NCBI RefSeq assembly: GCF_023055435.1 | Contig: NW_025963935.1 | Span: forward strand, 7,626,001 to 7,690,000 | From: Haliotis rufescens | Taxonomy: Eukaryota | Direction of reading: 5' to 3' | Length of the DNA: 64,000 nucleotides | Shown: positions 52,694 through 64,000 of the stretch, in pieces | Position numbering within the stretch: position 1 is the first letter of the stretch | Layout: each line of letters starts with the position of its first letter | Translations under genes and position numbers: made by a program | The notes under the pieces: model-generated | The model's input: only the letters and a program-made list of their open reading frames with translations | The model's database searches: none | What the model was told of the DNA's origin: nothing

Positions 52694-53049
52694 CTGTATG
52701 AAACTGCCCTTGTGAAGTCACATGGTTGTACAGACACTCGTGGTTAGGTCCATCTGGTGTCAATTGATTTAGTGAAAGAGAAGTTGCTCGTATATTCCTA
52801 GTTTTAAGTAACAGCTCGTAATTTTGTGTCAATGAAAAAATCAGCCTCCATCTGTTTGAAACAAAAATATGTCTCGACCGCAATACGGCCATCTTATCAA
52901 TACAGAGAGACATGGCCCTGAGAGACAATATGCCTGTAACCCTTATTTATTAATAATCATTTCAAATCTTCAAATTTAAAAGGTCATAACAGGTGTTGAC
53001 TGTGATGGCAAATGGCCATTAAGCATCATATACCCTCATAACTGACGAG

Positions 53050-54097
53050 CAACAAAACATTACCAATCAACATAGTTTTGTTCCTAAAAACAGAACAGGA
53101 AGATACTTGAATTCCAAGTTACGCCATGAGAATTAATTACCCTTTTGCAGATTAAGATGTATCAGTTGTGAGGATGGAGGGTTTCTTTTGGTCGGGATAT
53201 GCAAAGTTGTGGGTTGTTGTAAGGGCTTGCTTTACCTTTTCGAATGTCTGTTGGCATATGTTGGACCATTCGAAAGACGCATTGCCTATAGAGGGGAGGC
53301 AATGCCAGAAAGATTTGCTGCACATTTGTGATAATACGAGGCCAAATCTAAGAAATGACACATGTCGTTGACAGTTTTAGATGGTGGGATCTCTGTGAAT
53401 AAATCTATATTTGAAGGAACGACATGGATGCCATCTTTTTCTGAAGATATGCCCTAAGTAGTAAATTTACATTTACTCGGTTTTAGAGTGAGTTCTACTT
53501 CTTTGATCTTATGGAATACTGCCTTGAGGTGATTCAAGTGTTCCCAAAACGTTTAAGAAAAGATTATGTCATCTACATTACCTCTGAAATGCCATAGATT
53601 CCACACATGTCATAGGGGCATTTTTGATGCCGAAAGGGGGCGATTCCATCCAAAAAAACCATCGGGTGTAATTTAGGCCGACTTGTGTTTTGCATCTGGA
53701 TGGAATGGTTTTTGCCAAAAGCCTCTAGCACAATCAAGCACACTAAAATATTGGCAGAGGTGGTAGAGGGAAAAATATAGGTTTGGTAACTGCATTGAAG
53801 CATCTTTAATGTACGGCAAAGCAGTAAGACCTATCACGTTTTTTAACCATGACAATAGGAGAGTGCCATTCAGAAGAACCGGACTGAGTGATATTGGCTT
53901 CAAACATTTCTTGCATCTGTCTGGAACATTCTTCTTTACTGTGTTTTGCCTTTAAAATGGGAGCCTAATGGGTCTGGTGTTACCTGTGCCTATTTTGTGA
54001 TGATGTAAATGAGTGTGTCCTAATTCTGACCACTCTGAGGCAAAAACTGAGCTTTGTGCTTGGAGAAATGCATTTTACTGTGTACTTGGACTTTTAA
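53050..54097 (-). mobile_element. Gypsy/Ty3-like LTR retrotransposon pol remnant (RT, connection, RNase H start); may continue past the Tc1 insertion to ~55600
   Basis: minus-strand motifs FASEWSELGHTHL, FSVLDCARGFWQ, VDDII, FEWSNICQQTFEKVKQALT..FAYPD.KKPSILTTDTS; many frameshifts. Confidence 0.8.
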
Positions 54098-54099
54098 TA

Positions 54100-54912
54100 T
54101 ACTCAACAACAAAAGTTCCTGTGACACGAATATTTTAGTGTAATTTTGAAACAAGTAAAGTTTGGTTTTCAATATTGTATTAAATATTGGATCAAGTCAC
54201 AAGAATGCATTGGCTACAGGAAACAGGAAACCACCTTCAAGAACGTCTGCAGTTGTGCAGACAGCGTCTACGCTGGACGTCCATGCAGTGAGGACAAGCT
54301 CTATTCACTGACGAGTCTCGTTTTCACCTCAGCCATGTGTCATGGAAGAAGATCGGTTCGGGGGCGGCAGTGTTATGGCATGGAGCGGGATTACAGCAAG
54401 ACAGAGGACCCATTTGATAGTGGTAGAGGGAAATCTCAATGGACAGCGCTTCTGCGACGAGATAATCGTCCCTGTTGTTCAACCGTTTCAACATGACAAT
54501 GCCCGACCTCCTATTGCTCGACTTCTTCAGAATTCTCTTCAACAAAATAACGTGAATGTCATCCCCTGGCCGGCTGGCTCCCCTGATCTCTTACCAATCG
54601 AGCACATGTGGGATGAGATGGATCGGCGCCTTCGACGTCAACCACGTGTTCCACAGACACTCCTGGAACTTCGAAACATGCTCCAGCAGATATGGACAGA
54701 TATCCCACAGGACTTTGAGCGACGCCTGGTCCATTCCATGAGACGAAGATGTGTTGCTTGCATCGCAACCAGAGGTGGACACACACGCTATTGATTTGTA
54801 AATTGACATTTTGGCATGTTCAACATTTTTAATGAAAACACGCATTTTCTGAAGTCAGTATGGCAAATTAAACTATTGGAACACATACAGGAGTCTTTTA
54901 TCTGTTGATGTC
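54100..54912 (+). mobile_element. internally deleted Tc1/mariner transposon with partial DD(34)E transposase (54342-54794)
   Basis: LFTDESRF, GGGSVMAWSGI, FQHDNARP, WPAGSPDLLPIEHMW, GGHTRY; TA at 54098; degenerate TIRs tcaaca..aaaag.tcctgt. Confidence 0.9.
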
Positions 54913-55669
54913 GACGATGAAGTATCACTTCAAACTCAAGTTCCACTGATCTGGGTAATGTAGCACGTGCACTACTCATCAAACTGTTGTGATTGTGTTT
55001 AGGCGATTGATTCCCAACCATTTTGTAACACTATTTATGAGTTAGACCCAACATGCAATCTTAGTAATTGAAAAGTATATTCCTCCAGTAGTTGTGAGTA
55101 CAAACATGTCAAGTTGACAGGTTTTTGCTACACATGGTGTAAAAAATTGTCTTTTATTTATTGTTTTATAAAATGCTTTATTATACACCTATTTCATTGT
55201 TCTGTTATTATTGACATTACTAACATTCCTTCCATAGATGGAATTTGAATTGTGCTGCCAAAAAATGTCAGCTCTCTTTTCAGGAGAAAAAATATATCTC
55301 AGGCTCTAGAAATGAAGATGAAAGCCTTCTTCTAGTTGAAATGTCTAGACTCCCATTGTTTCATTGATGTTATCACTGAGGATGTCCAGCTTTTCACATA
55401 TTATTATCTCAGTAAACTTCAGATGGCATTTGTTTTCTTTTTGACAAACTGACCTGTATCTCTGAAGATAGATATGTAACTGTATCTGTGTTCAATACTT
55501 TTTGTAACAAAAGCCCCGTTGATCAAGGAATGAAGTTTCTCATGTGGTATGGTGGTGTACAGAGTCACACGACTAATTCAACAACAGACATGCACTCGTG
55601 ACCCAAGCAATCTGACATACCATGTTGAGAGCTCACGGCAAACATACAGTCCAAGCACGGCCTGTGAAA

Positions 55670-56001
55670 TACCGTATTTGACGTAATAAGCGCCCAGGGC
55701 CTCTCAAAATGGGATATAGGGGGCTCTTATTAGAATATAATTTTTGTGGAAAAAAAACAGAGTTGAAAGATAAATGTCATGGTTATGCTGACAGCCTGAA
55801 ATGTTTATGTATGACAGATATATTTTTTCCAGAATTGTATTGCCCATAATTAAGGGTGTATATAGCACACGAGTGCGTATTACAAGCAAATAAATTTGTC
55901 TTTTGTACATTGATTAATCTGAAGGGGTGCTAATTGGGATTGTTCACCAGCCAATATATCAGCAAATGTCGCCGTGGGCGCTTAGTACTTCGAATACGGT
56001 A
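55670..56001. mobile_element. pogo/Tigger-like MITE
   Basis: TIRs taccgtatttgacgtaataagcgccc ... gggcgcttagtacttcgaatacggta. Confidence 0.8.
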
Positions 56002-56009
56002 TAGGTCTT

Positions 56010-56192
56010 ACTTGATATTATCACTGCAGTGAACATAACACTTGATATTATCACTGCAGTCAGCATAACACTTGGTAATTCACTACAGTGAACATTACAT
56101 TTGATATTTTCACTGCAGTGAACAAAACACTGTGTTTTTCACGGCAGTGAACATAACACTTGATATTTCCACTGCAGTGAACATAACACTTG
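56010..56192 (+). repeat. ~30-bp tandem repeat x6 (cttgatattatcactgcagtgaacataaca)
   Basis: direct periodicity. Confidence 0.9.
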
Positions 56193-56304
56193 CTTAAAGT
56201 CCGTTTTCAAGCAGTCGATAGCGCAGACTGTGCTCACACCCTACATAGACCTAGACCATTCGAAATTAATTCTGTTGCGTAACACTCCATAACCCATAGG
56301 TGAG

Positions 56305-57415
56305 AGTTGTCGACTTTGCGTGGGTCCAAGTTGACTCAAAGAGGATACCCAGAGATGAAGTTGTCGACTTTGCGTGGGTCCAAGTTGACTGAAGGAGAAT
56401 ACCGAAAGATGCAGACGTCGACTTTGCGTGGATCCAAGTTGACTCAACGAGAATACCCAGAGATGAAGTTGTCGACTTTGCGTGGGTCCAAGTTGACTCA
56501 AAGAGGATACCCAGAGATGAAGTTGTCGACTTTGCGTGGGTCCAAGTTGACTGAAGGAGAATACCAAAAGATGCAGTTGTCGACTTTGCGTGGATTCAAG
56601 TTGACTCAACGAGAATACCCAGAGATGAAGTTGTCGACTTTGCGTGGGTCCAAGTTGACTCAAAGAGGATACCCAGAGATGAAGTTGTCGACTTTGCGTG
56701 GGTCCAAGTTGACTGAAGTGAAGTACTTGGAGCTGCTGTTGTCGACTTTGCGTGGGTCCAAGTTGACTCACATAAAATACCAAGAGATGCAGTTGTCGAC
56801 TGAAGTGACTGTTGACTGAAGTGAAATACAGAGAGATGCAGTTGTAGACTTCGCGTGGATCCAAGTTGACTGAAGGGGAGTATCTGAATTGCAGTTGTCG
56901 ACTTTGTGGGGATCCAAGTTGACTGAAGTGGAATAGCCAGTGATACAGTTGTCGACTTCGTGTGGATGCAAGTTGACTCACATAGAATTCCCAGAGATGC
57001 AGTTGTCGACTTCGTGTGGATGCAAGTTGACTCACATAGAATTCCCAGAGATGCAGTTGTCGACTTCGTGTGGATGCAAGTTGACTCACAAAGAATACCC
57101 AGAGAGACAGTTGTCGACTTCGTGTGGATGCAAGTTGACTCACAAAGAATACCCAGAGATGCAGTTGTCGACTTCGTGTTGATGCAAGTTGATTCACATA
57201 GAATAGCCAGAGATGTAGCTGTCGACTTCGTGTGGCTGCAAGTTGACTCTAATAGTATACCCAGAGATTCATTTGTCGACTTCGGGTGGATGCAAGTTGA
57301 CTCACATAGAATACCCAGAGAGGCAGTTTTCAACTTTATACGGATCCAAGTTGACTCAAATAGAATACCCAGAGAGGCAGTTGTCGACATCGTGTGGATC
57401 CACGTTGACTGAGGT
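56305..57415 (+). repeat. 54-bp minisatellite, ~20 units
   Basis: gttgtcgactttgcgtgggtccaagttgactcaaagaggatacccagagatgaa; 18-aa period in the ORFs. Confidence 0.95.
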
Positions 57416-57436
57416 GGAGTACCCACAGGCGACTTC

Positions 57437-57580
57437 ATGTGGTTCCAGACGGCTAGATTCAAGGTGTGGTTCCAGACGTCCAGATACAAGGTGTGGTTCC
57501 AGACGTCCAGATTCAAGGTGTGGCTCCAGACGTCCAGATTCAAGGTGTGGCTCCAGACATCCAGATTCAAGGTGTGGTCT
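57437..57580 (+). repeat. 27-bp tandem repeat x5
   Basis: gtgtggttccagacgtccagattcaag. Confidence 0.92.
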
Positions 57581-58399
57581 CGACATACCAAAATGCAATC
57601 AGAGACCAAATACTTTAAGAGGTACATCCTTTTATACCAAAGAAATCAACAGATAATTTCGGTAGCAGTGACTACGTACGTACTGCTTCCCACGATATGG
57701 TTGCTCCATTTTTAGAAAAAAACAAAGTTGAAAAGTCATGAAAGGGTGTATTTGTGAAATTAAGTACGGGTACAGTAAACGACAATTTGACAAACTACTT
57801 CACCTATGCGTTTACGTTTTGGGTGAGAGAATATCTCGAAATCCCTTTTCCTTCGTATATGTTCTTGAGAACTATAGTCTTCAAAGGGTGACCTTTTTGT
57901 TCTAAAATGACAGCTGACGGTTTTCTACGAGTGAGATTCAATTCCCTCCCACTGATTTTAACACATGCTTAAGAAAAAACCCATCGTACATTGAATCGTA
58001 CATTGTCAGTTAATCCATAAATATATTACAGAATATTTCCACAAACTTTAAACTACAATATCTAAAGATGTTTTCCGCATCAGTAGATAACACGTTTGAT
58101 AAAAAAAGTGATGATATTAGAGTCGAAAGGAGCCACAGTCATTATTGGCCGTTAGAACCTGAAGTCGACTTTACCATTTGGTAAAGTAAACGACATTCCT
58201 ACGAACTACGTCACCTATGAGTTTACTTTTTCGGGAGAGAATATATTATCTGAGAGACTTTGTGTCAAAGTGACATTTGCGTGAACTGTGACTGTCCTTC
58301 GCAGTGAACTATGTGTCAAGGTGGCATTAGATTCAGCTGTGAATTACAGTGACTGAGTATCAGGACTATAATACTTCAGCAGGTTATCAGTATTAATAT

Positions 58400-58565
58400 G
58401 GGGGCGGTCGGGTAGCCTAGTAGTTAAAGTGTTCGCTCGTCACACCGAAGACCCGGGTTCGATTCCCGACATGGGTACAATGTGTGAAGCCCATTCCTGG
58501 TGTCTCTGCCGTGATATTGCTGGAATACTGCTAAAAGCGGCGTAAAACCATACTCACTCACTCAC
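58400..58565 (+). mobile_element. SINE family 1, full length, 13-bp TSD (cagtatta[a/t]tatg)
   Basis: A and B boxes, (ctca)n tail, TSD. Confidence 0.94.
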
Positions 58566-59004
58566 CAGTATTATTATGTGTCTAAAAAACTCAGTTTAGT
58601 TGAATTTCACTTTCTACTTTAACAATGTTTTCATTACAACTGTAACTTGTCAATTTATCAGGGTTATTAGTACTTTACAAGGGCCAGTTTACATTGTTAA
58701 GTTATTTATACTTTATGAAGTCCCGTGGACTATGTTGTTTATCAAAGGTTATTATTTTGTTTCAAAGTAACTTAAATTTAGGAGGGGCGGATGTAATATC
58801 TGTAATTGAAACCCAGTAGTTTTAAACTAGCTGGTGTATAATATTATAATAGGCCAACAGATGTCAGCTCTTGTAATGTGATTAGTTTCTGGTTTGCGCA
58901 ATCACGTGCTGTTATGTAACATGCGACAGTCTTGAATAAACGGCCGGTCAAGTGGCAGGCTCGTCTCCCTACTCCCGCGTGTGTCGTTCCTTCCTGAGAA
59001 CCCA

Positions 59005-60640
59005 AAAATAGGTAGATACAATAGTAATCGATAGATGTAAACACATTTGAATATACATCTGTGGTTTTAAAGTTGATTTCGACAGCCCGGGCCAAGTCGG
59101 ACCCAACACAAGCCAAACACTTCTGATAGAGACTATGTTGAGAATGTAGAGGGAAAAGGGCTTCAGTTTGAGCACCTTGTTTTCGTTACATACCGCGATC
59201 TGAGACACTATAAAGTGGTATTTAGGTGGATATAATACTAATCTAAAGATGTGAATCCATTTGATGGTACATCTGTGAGGTTTAAGTTGATTTTGACACC
59301 CCGGGCCAAGTCGGACCGAACACTTGTGAGACTGTTGAGAGTATGGGGAGAAGAGGTCTACTATAACCAACGTGTCTCCTTTAAATACGATGGACAGTGA
59401 CATTATAAGGTGGTATATACTTAGATATAGTACTATCCTATAAATATAAACGCTATGCCGACAGATTGAAATTTGTATCACGATAGTTAGCAGTATTTAA
59501 TACGTTTCAAATCTTATTTCGTTTTACGATTGCTCTTTTACATGTTACCTCGATCAGCGACGCTTACACACAGCTCCACTTTCTGTTGTTTAAGTGATTT
59601 ACTCCGAATCACTAAATTATGGTGCACGTTCTTGGTTGGTGATTGTTCAGGAATGTCATGTGTCTCTGTTACATCAATAATATGTAGGTATTGTCGCCGA
59701 CAATGAAGTAATTAGCCAATAACACTTTGGCCCGTCTTGTCCCGGCCCGACTTTTTTCAATGCCGACAGGGTTGCTGCCAAGAAGTTAAAACGCACAGGA
59801 GCAGGCTTTTCAGATCCCAGCAGGACTCATTGTTACCAGATGGCTCTAGCTAGGCAAGAACACGACACACATTCAACTGGTGGGGTTAAGTCAGTGGGTG
59901 ATTGACAGCTAGCTATCAATAGTTACAAGATGGCGATAACTCGGCTAGCAGACGACACACATTCAACTGGCGGGGTCAGGCGGGATTGCCTTAAAGTCGG
60001 ACCGGGCCGGGCAAAGACTGGCCAAAGTTATTATTGACTAGTTACTCCATTATCGACAACCATACCTACATATCAAGGATGCAACACAAACACATGACAT
60101 TAATGAACAATCACAAACCGAAAAAGTGTAGGATAATTAAGTGATTGCGAGTAAATCGCTTGAAAATCAGAAAGTTGAGCCGTGTGTGAGCGTGGCTAAG
60201 ATAAGTTACATGTAAAAGAGCAATCGTTAAACGAAATAGGATTTGAAATGTCTCAACTACATCCAGCTGTCGTGATACAAATTTCCATCTGTCGGCATAG
60301 CGTTTACAGCAGTAGGATAATAGTATATCTAAGTAAATGCCACTTTAAAATGTCATTATTAAAGCAGACATGTTGGTTAAAGTGAAGTGTTTTCCACAAA
60401 CTCTCAACAGTCTCACAAGTGTTCCGTCCGACTTGGACTTGTTTCTTAGTTGTGTCACAACACGGTCCTCAAAGTGAAGCCCTTTTCCCTCTACATTCCC
60501 AACATAGTCACTATCAGAATTGTTTGGCTTGTGTTGGGGCCGAATGGGCCCGGACTGTCAAAATCAACTTGAAAATCACAGATGTATCATCAAATGTGTT
60601 TACATATATAGATTTGTATCATATCTACCTATAATGTCAC
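59005..60640. repeat. old diverged inverted repeat (arms ~59005-59755 and ~59990-60640; right arm continues to 61120 past a SINE)
   Basis: for example aaacgctatgccgacagattgaaatttgtatcacga vs tcgtgatacaaatttccatctgtcggcatagcgttt. Confidence 0.85.
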
Positions 60641-60661
60641 AGCACATTGCACATAAAGAAA

Positions 60662-60940
60662 GGGGTCACGGATCGCCGAGTCGTCTAAGGCGCCGCTATT
60701 CGCTGTGCAGAGTTGCGTCCTTGGGCACGCCAAAAGCCAATGATTGTGGGTTCGAATCCCGGTTCTCCCCGATTATGTTTCTAGGTTTGTCAGCACCATA
60801 CCCGTGCTCGTGGGTTTCACCAAAATGGTAAACGTCTGAGAACTGTATCACTTCGGGCTTTCCTCCCACATGAGGCTGATGCGCCATGATATAACTGGAA
60901 TACTCTTAAAAGCGGCGTTAAACCAAACGCACTTAAGCAC
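60662..60940 (+). mobile_element. SINE family 2
   Basis: ggatcgccgagtcgtctaaggcg...ggttcgaatcccgg...aaaagcggcgttaaacc. Confidence 0.92.
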
Positions 60941-61120
60941 GCATTTAAAACCCTTTTGCTGTCTTTTCTGAGGAAAATCTGTCACAGGAGTTTGATCCGA
61001 CTCGGTCAGTTTAAAATTAATTTAAACCTCACATATGTATTAACAAATGTATACCACTTTATAGTGTCGGTATTTAAAGACAACATGGTGCTCAAAGTGA
61101 AGCCATTTTCCCTCTACATT

Positions 61121-64000
61121 ATGATACAGATGTCCTCGTGTGTGATGACTCAGCTCTGTTTTGGATCTCATACAGATGTCCTGGTACGAGATGACTCACC
61201 TCTATCTGGGATCTCATACATGTGTCCTGGTGTGAGATGACTCAGCTCTATCTGGGATCTCATACACGTGTCCTGGTGTGAGATGACTCACCTCTCTCTG
61301 GGATGTCATAGAGATGTCCTAGTGTGAGATGACTCATCTCTATCTGGGATCTCATACAAGTGTCCTGGTATGAGATGACTCACCTCTGTCTGGGGTCTCA
61401 TACATGTGTCCTGGTGTGAGATGAATCAGCTCTACCTGGGATGTCAAACAGATGTCCTAGTGTGAGATGACTCACCTCTATCTAGGACCTCATACATGTG
61501 TCCTGATGTGAGATGCCTCACCTCTACCTGGGATGTCAAACAGATGTCCTGGTACGAGATGACTCACCTCTATCTGGGATCTCATACATGTGTCCTGGAA
61601 TGAGATGACTCAGCTCTCTCTGGGATGTTATACATTATGATACAGATGTCCTCGTGTGTGATGAATCACCTCTGTTTGGGATCTCATACAGATGTCCTGG
61701 TACGAAATGACTCACCTCTATCTGGGATCGCCTACATGTGTCCTAGTGTGAGATGACTCAGCTCTATCTCGGATGCCATACAGATGTCCTCTTGTGAGAT
61801 GACTCACCTCTATCTGGGATGTCATAGAGATGTCCTAGTGTGAGATGACTCACCTCTATCTGGGATCTCATACACGTGTCCTGGTGTGAGATGACTCACC
61901 TCTCTCTGGGATGTCATAGATATGTCCTAGTGTGAGATGAATCACCTCTATCTGGGATCTCATACAAGTGTCCTGGTGTGAGATGACTCAGCTCTCTCTG
62001 GGATGTCATAGAGATGTCCTAGTGTGAGATGACTCACCTCTATCAGGGACCTCATACACGTATCCTTGTGTGAGATGACTCACCTCTCTCTGGGATGTCA
62101 TACAGATGTCCTAGTGTGAGATGACTCACCTCTATCTGGGATCTCATACACGTGTCCTTGTGTAAGATGACTCACCTCTATCTGGGATGTCATAGAGATA
62201 TCCTAGTGTGAGATGACTCACCTCTATCTGGGATCTCATACACGTGTCCTGGTGTGAGATGACTCAGCTCTTTCTGGGGTGTCATAGAGATGTCCTAGTG
62301 TGAGATGACTCACCTCTATCAGGGACCTCATACACGTATCCTTGTGTGAGATGACTCACCTCTACCTGGGATGTCATAGAGATGTCCTAGTGTGAGATGA
62401 TTCACCTCTATCTGGGATCTCATACAAGTGTCCTGGTGTCAGATGACTCACCTCTATCTAGGATCTCATACGGATGTCCTCGTGGGAGATAACTCACCTC
62501 TATCTGGGATGTCAAACAGATGTCCTGGTGTGAGATGACTCAACTCTATCTGGGGTCTCATACATGTGTCCTGGTGTGAGATGACTCAGCTCTCTCTGGG
62601 ATGGCATGCAGATGTTCTGGTACGAGATGACTCACCTCTCTCTGGGATTTCATAGAGATGTCATAGTGTGAGATGACTCACCTCTTTCTGGGATCTCATA
62701 CACGTGTTCTGGTGTGAGATGACTCACCTCTATCTGGGATGTCATAGAGATGTCCTAGTGTGTATGAGGTCCCAGATAGAGGTGAGTCATCTCACACTAG
62801 GACATCTCTATGACATCCCAGAGAGAGCTGAGTCATCTCACACCAGGACACGTGTATGAGATCCCAGATAGAGGTGAGTCATCTCACACTAGGATATCTC
62901 TATGACATCCCAGATAGAGGTGAGTCATCTTACACAAGGACACGTGTATGAGATCCCAGATAGAGGTGAGTCATCTCACACTAGGACATCTCTATGACAT
63001 CCCGGAGAGAGGTGAGTCATCTCACACCAGGACACGTGTATGAGATCCCAGATAGAGGTGAGTCATTTCACACTAGGACATCTCTATGACATCCCAGATA
63101 GAGGTGAGTCATCTCACACCAGGATACGTGTATGAGGTCCCAGATAGAGGTGAGTCATCTCACACTAGGACATCTCTATGACATCCCAGAGAGAGCTGAG
63201 TCATCTCACACCAGGACACGTGTATGAGATCCCAGATAGAGGTGAGTCATCTCACACTAGGATATCTCTATGACATCCCAGATAGAGGTGAGTCATCTTA
63301 CATAAGGACACGTGTATGAGATCCCAGATAGAGGTGAGTCATCTCACACTAGGACATCTCTATGACATCCCAGAGAGAGGTGAGTCATCTCACACCAGGA
63401 CACGTGTATGAGATCCCAGATAGAGGTGAGTCATCTCACACTAGGATATCTCTCTGACATCCCAGATAGAGGTGAGTCATCTCACACCAGAACACGTGTA
63501 TGAGATCCCAGATAGAGGTGAGTCATCTCACACTAGGACATCTCTATGACATCCCAGATAGAGGTGAGTCATCTCACACCAGAACACGTGTATGAGATGA
63601 TTCACCTCTATCTGGGATCTCATACAAGTGTCCTGGTGTGAGATGACTCACCTCTATCTAGGATCTCATACGGATGTCCTCGTGGAAGATAACTCACCTC
63701 TATCTGGGATGTCAAACAGATGTTCTGGTGTGAAATGACTCACCTCTGTCTGGGGTCTCATACATGTGTCCTGGTGTGAGATGAATCAGCTCTACCTGGG
63801 ATGTCAAACAGATGTCCTGGTGTGAGATGACTCACCTCTATCTAGGACCTCATACATGTGTCCTGGTGTGAGATGCCTCACCTCTACCTGGGATGTCAAA
63901 CAGATGTCCTGGTACGAGATGACTCACCCCTATCTGGGATCTGATACATGTGTCCTGGTGTGAGATGACTCAGCTCTCTCTGGGATGGCATGCAGATGTT
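61121..64000 (+). repeat. 46-bp satellite array with 92-bp dimer structure and an internal inverted block at ~62760-63595
   Basis: periodicity; two strand switches seen directly. Confidence 0.97.

Noticed and set aside
58400-58475. Possible tRNA genes (also at 4334, 50750, 60662)
   Set aside because: tRNA-like heads continue into shared bodies, microsatellite tails and TSDs, so they are SINEs

Overview
Repeat-rich eukaryotic scaffold segment, not prokaryotic. It has two N-gaps, spliceosomal introns, tRNA-derived SINEs with V- and Meta-like cores, an RTE-X-like LINE, Gypsy and Tc1 remnants, piggyBac- and pogo-like non-autonomous elements, and several tandem arrays (14, 27, 29, 30, 37/39, 46, 54 and 89 bp units). 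The SINE types suggest a mollusc, possibly an abalone-like gastropod (inference). Nearly all ORFs in the supplied track are repeat translations or chance ORFs. The main result is a gene the ORF track fragments: a 9-coding-exon minus-strand gene (39657 to 30186, about 333 aa; GT-AG introns, phases consistent; first two exons tentative). It encodes a putative secreted protein with a signal peptide, a Cys-bounded helical stalk and a beta-propeller-like body. Its first six exons are duplicated in inverted orientation (arms about 22380-28850 and 35350-40910); the left copy is broken. Between the copies, exons have diverged more than adjacent introns, mostly by amino-acid-changing substitutions (hand count about 45 nonsynonymous vs 8 synonymous codons; exon 5 about 16% nt divergence vs about 4% in the neighbouring intron). 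A third, more distant family member appears to start at 52641 (-). Together this looks like an unnamed, adaptively diversifying secreted recognition-protein family.
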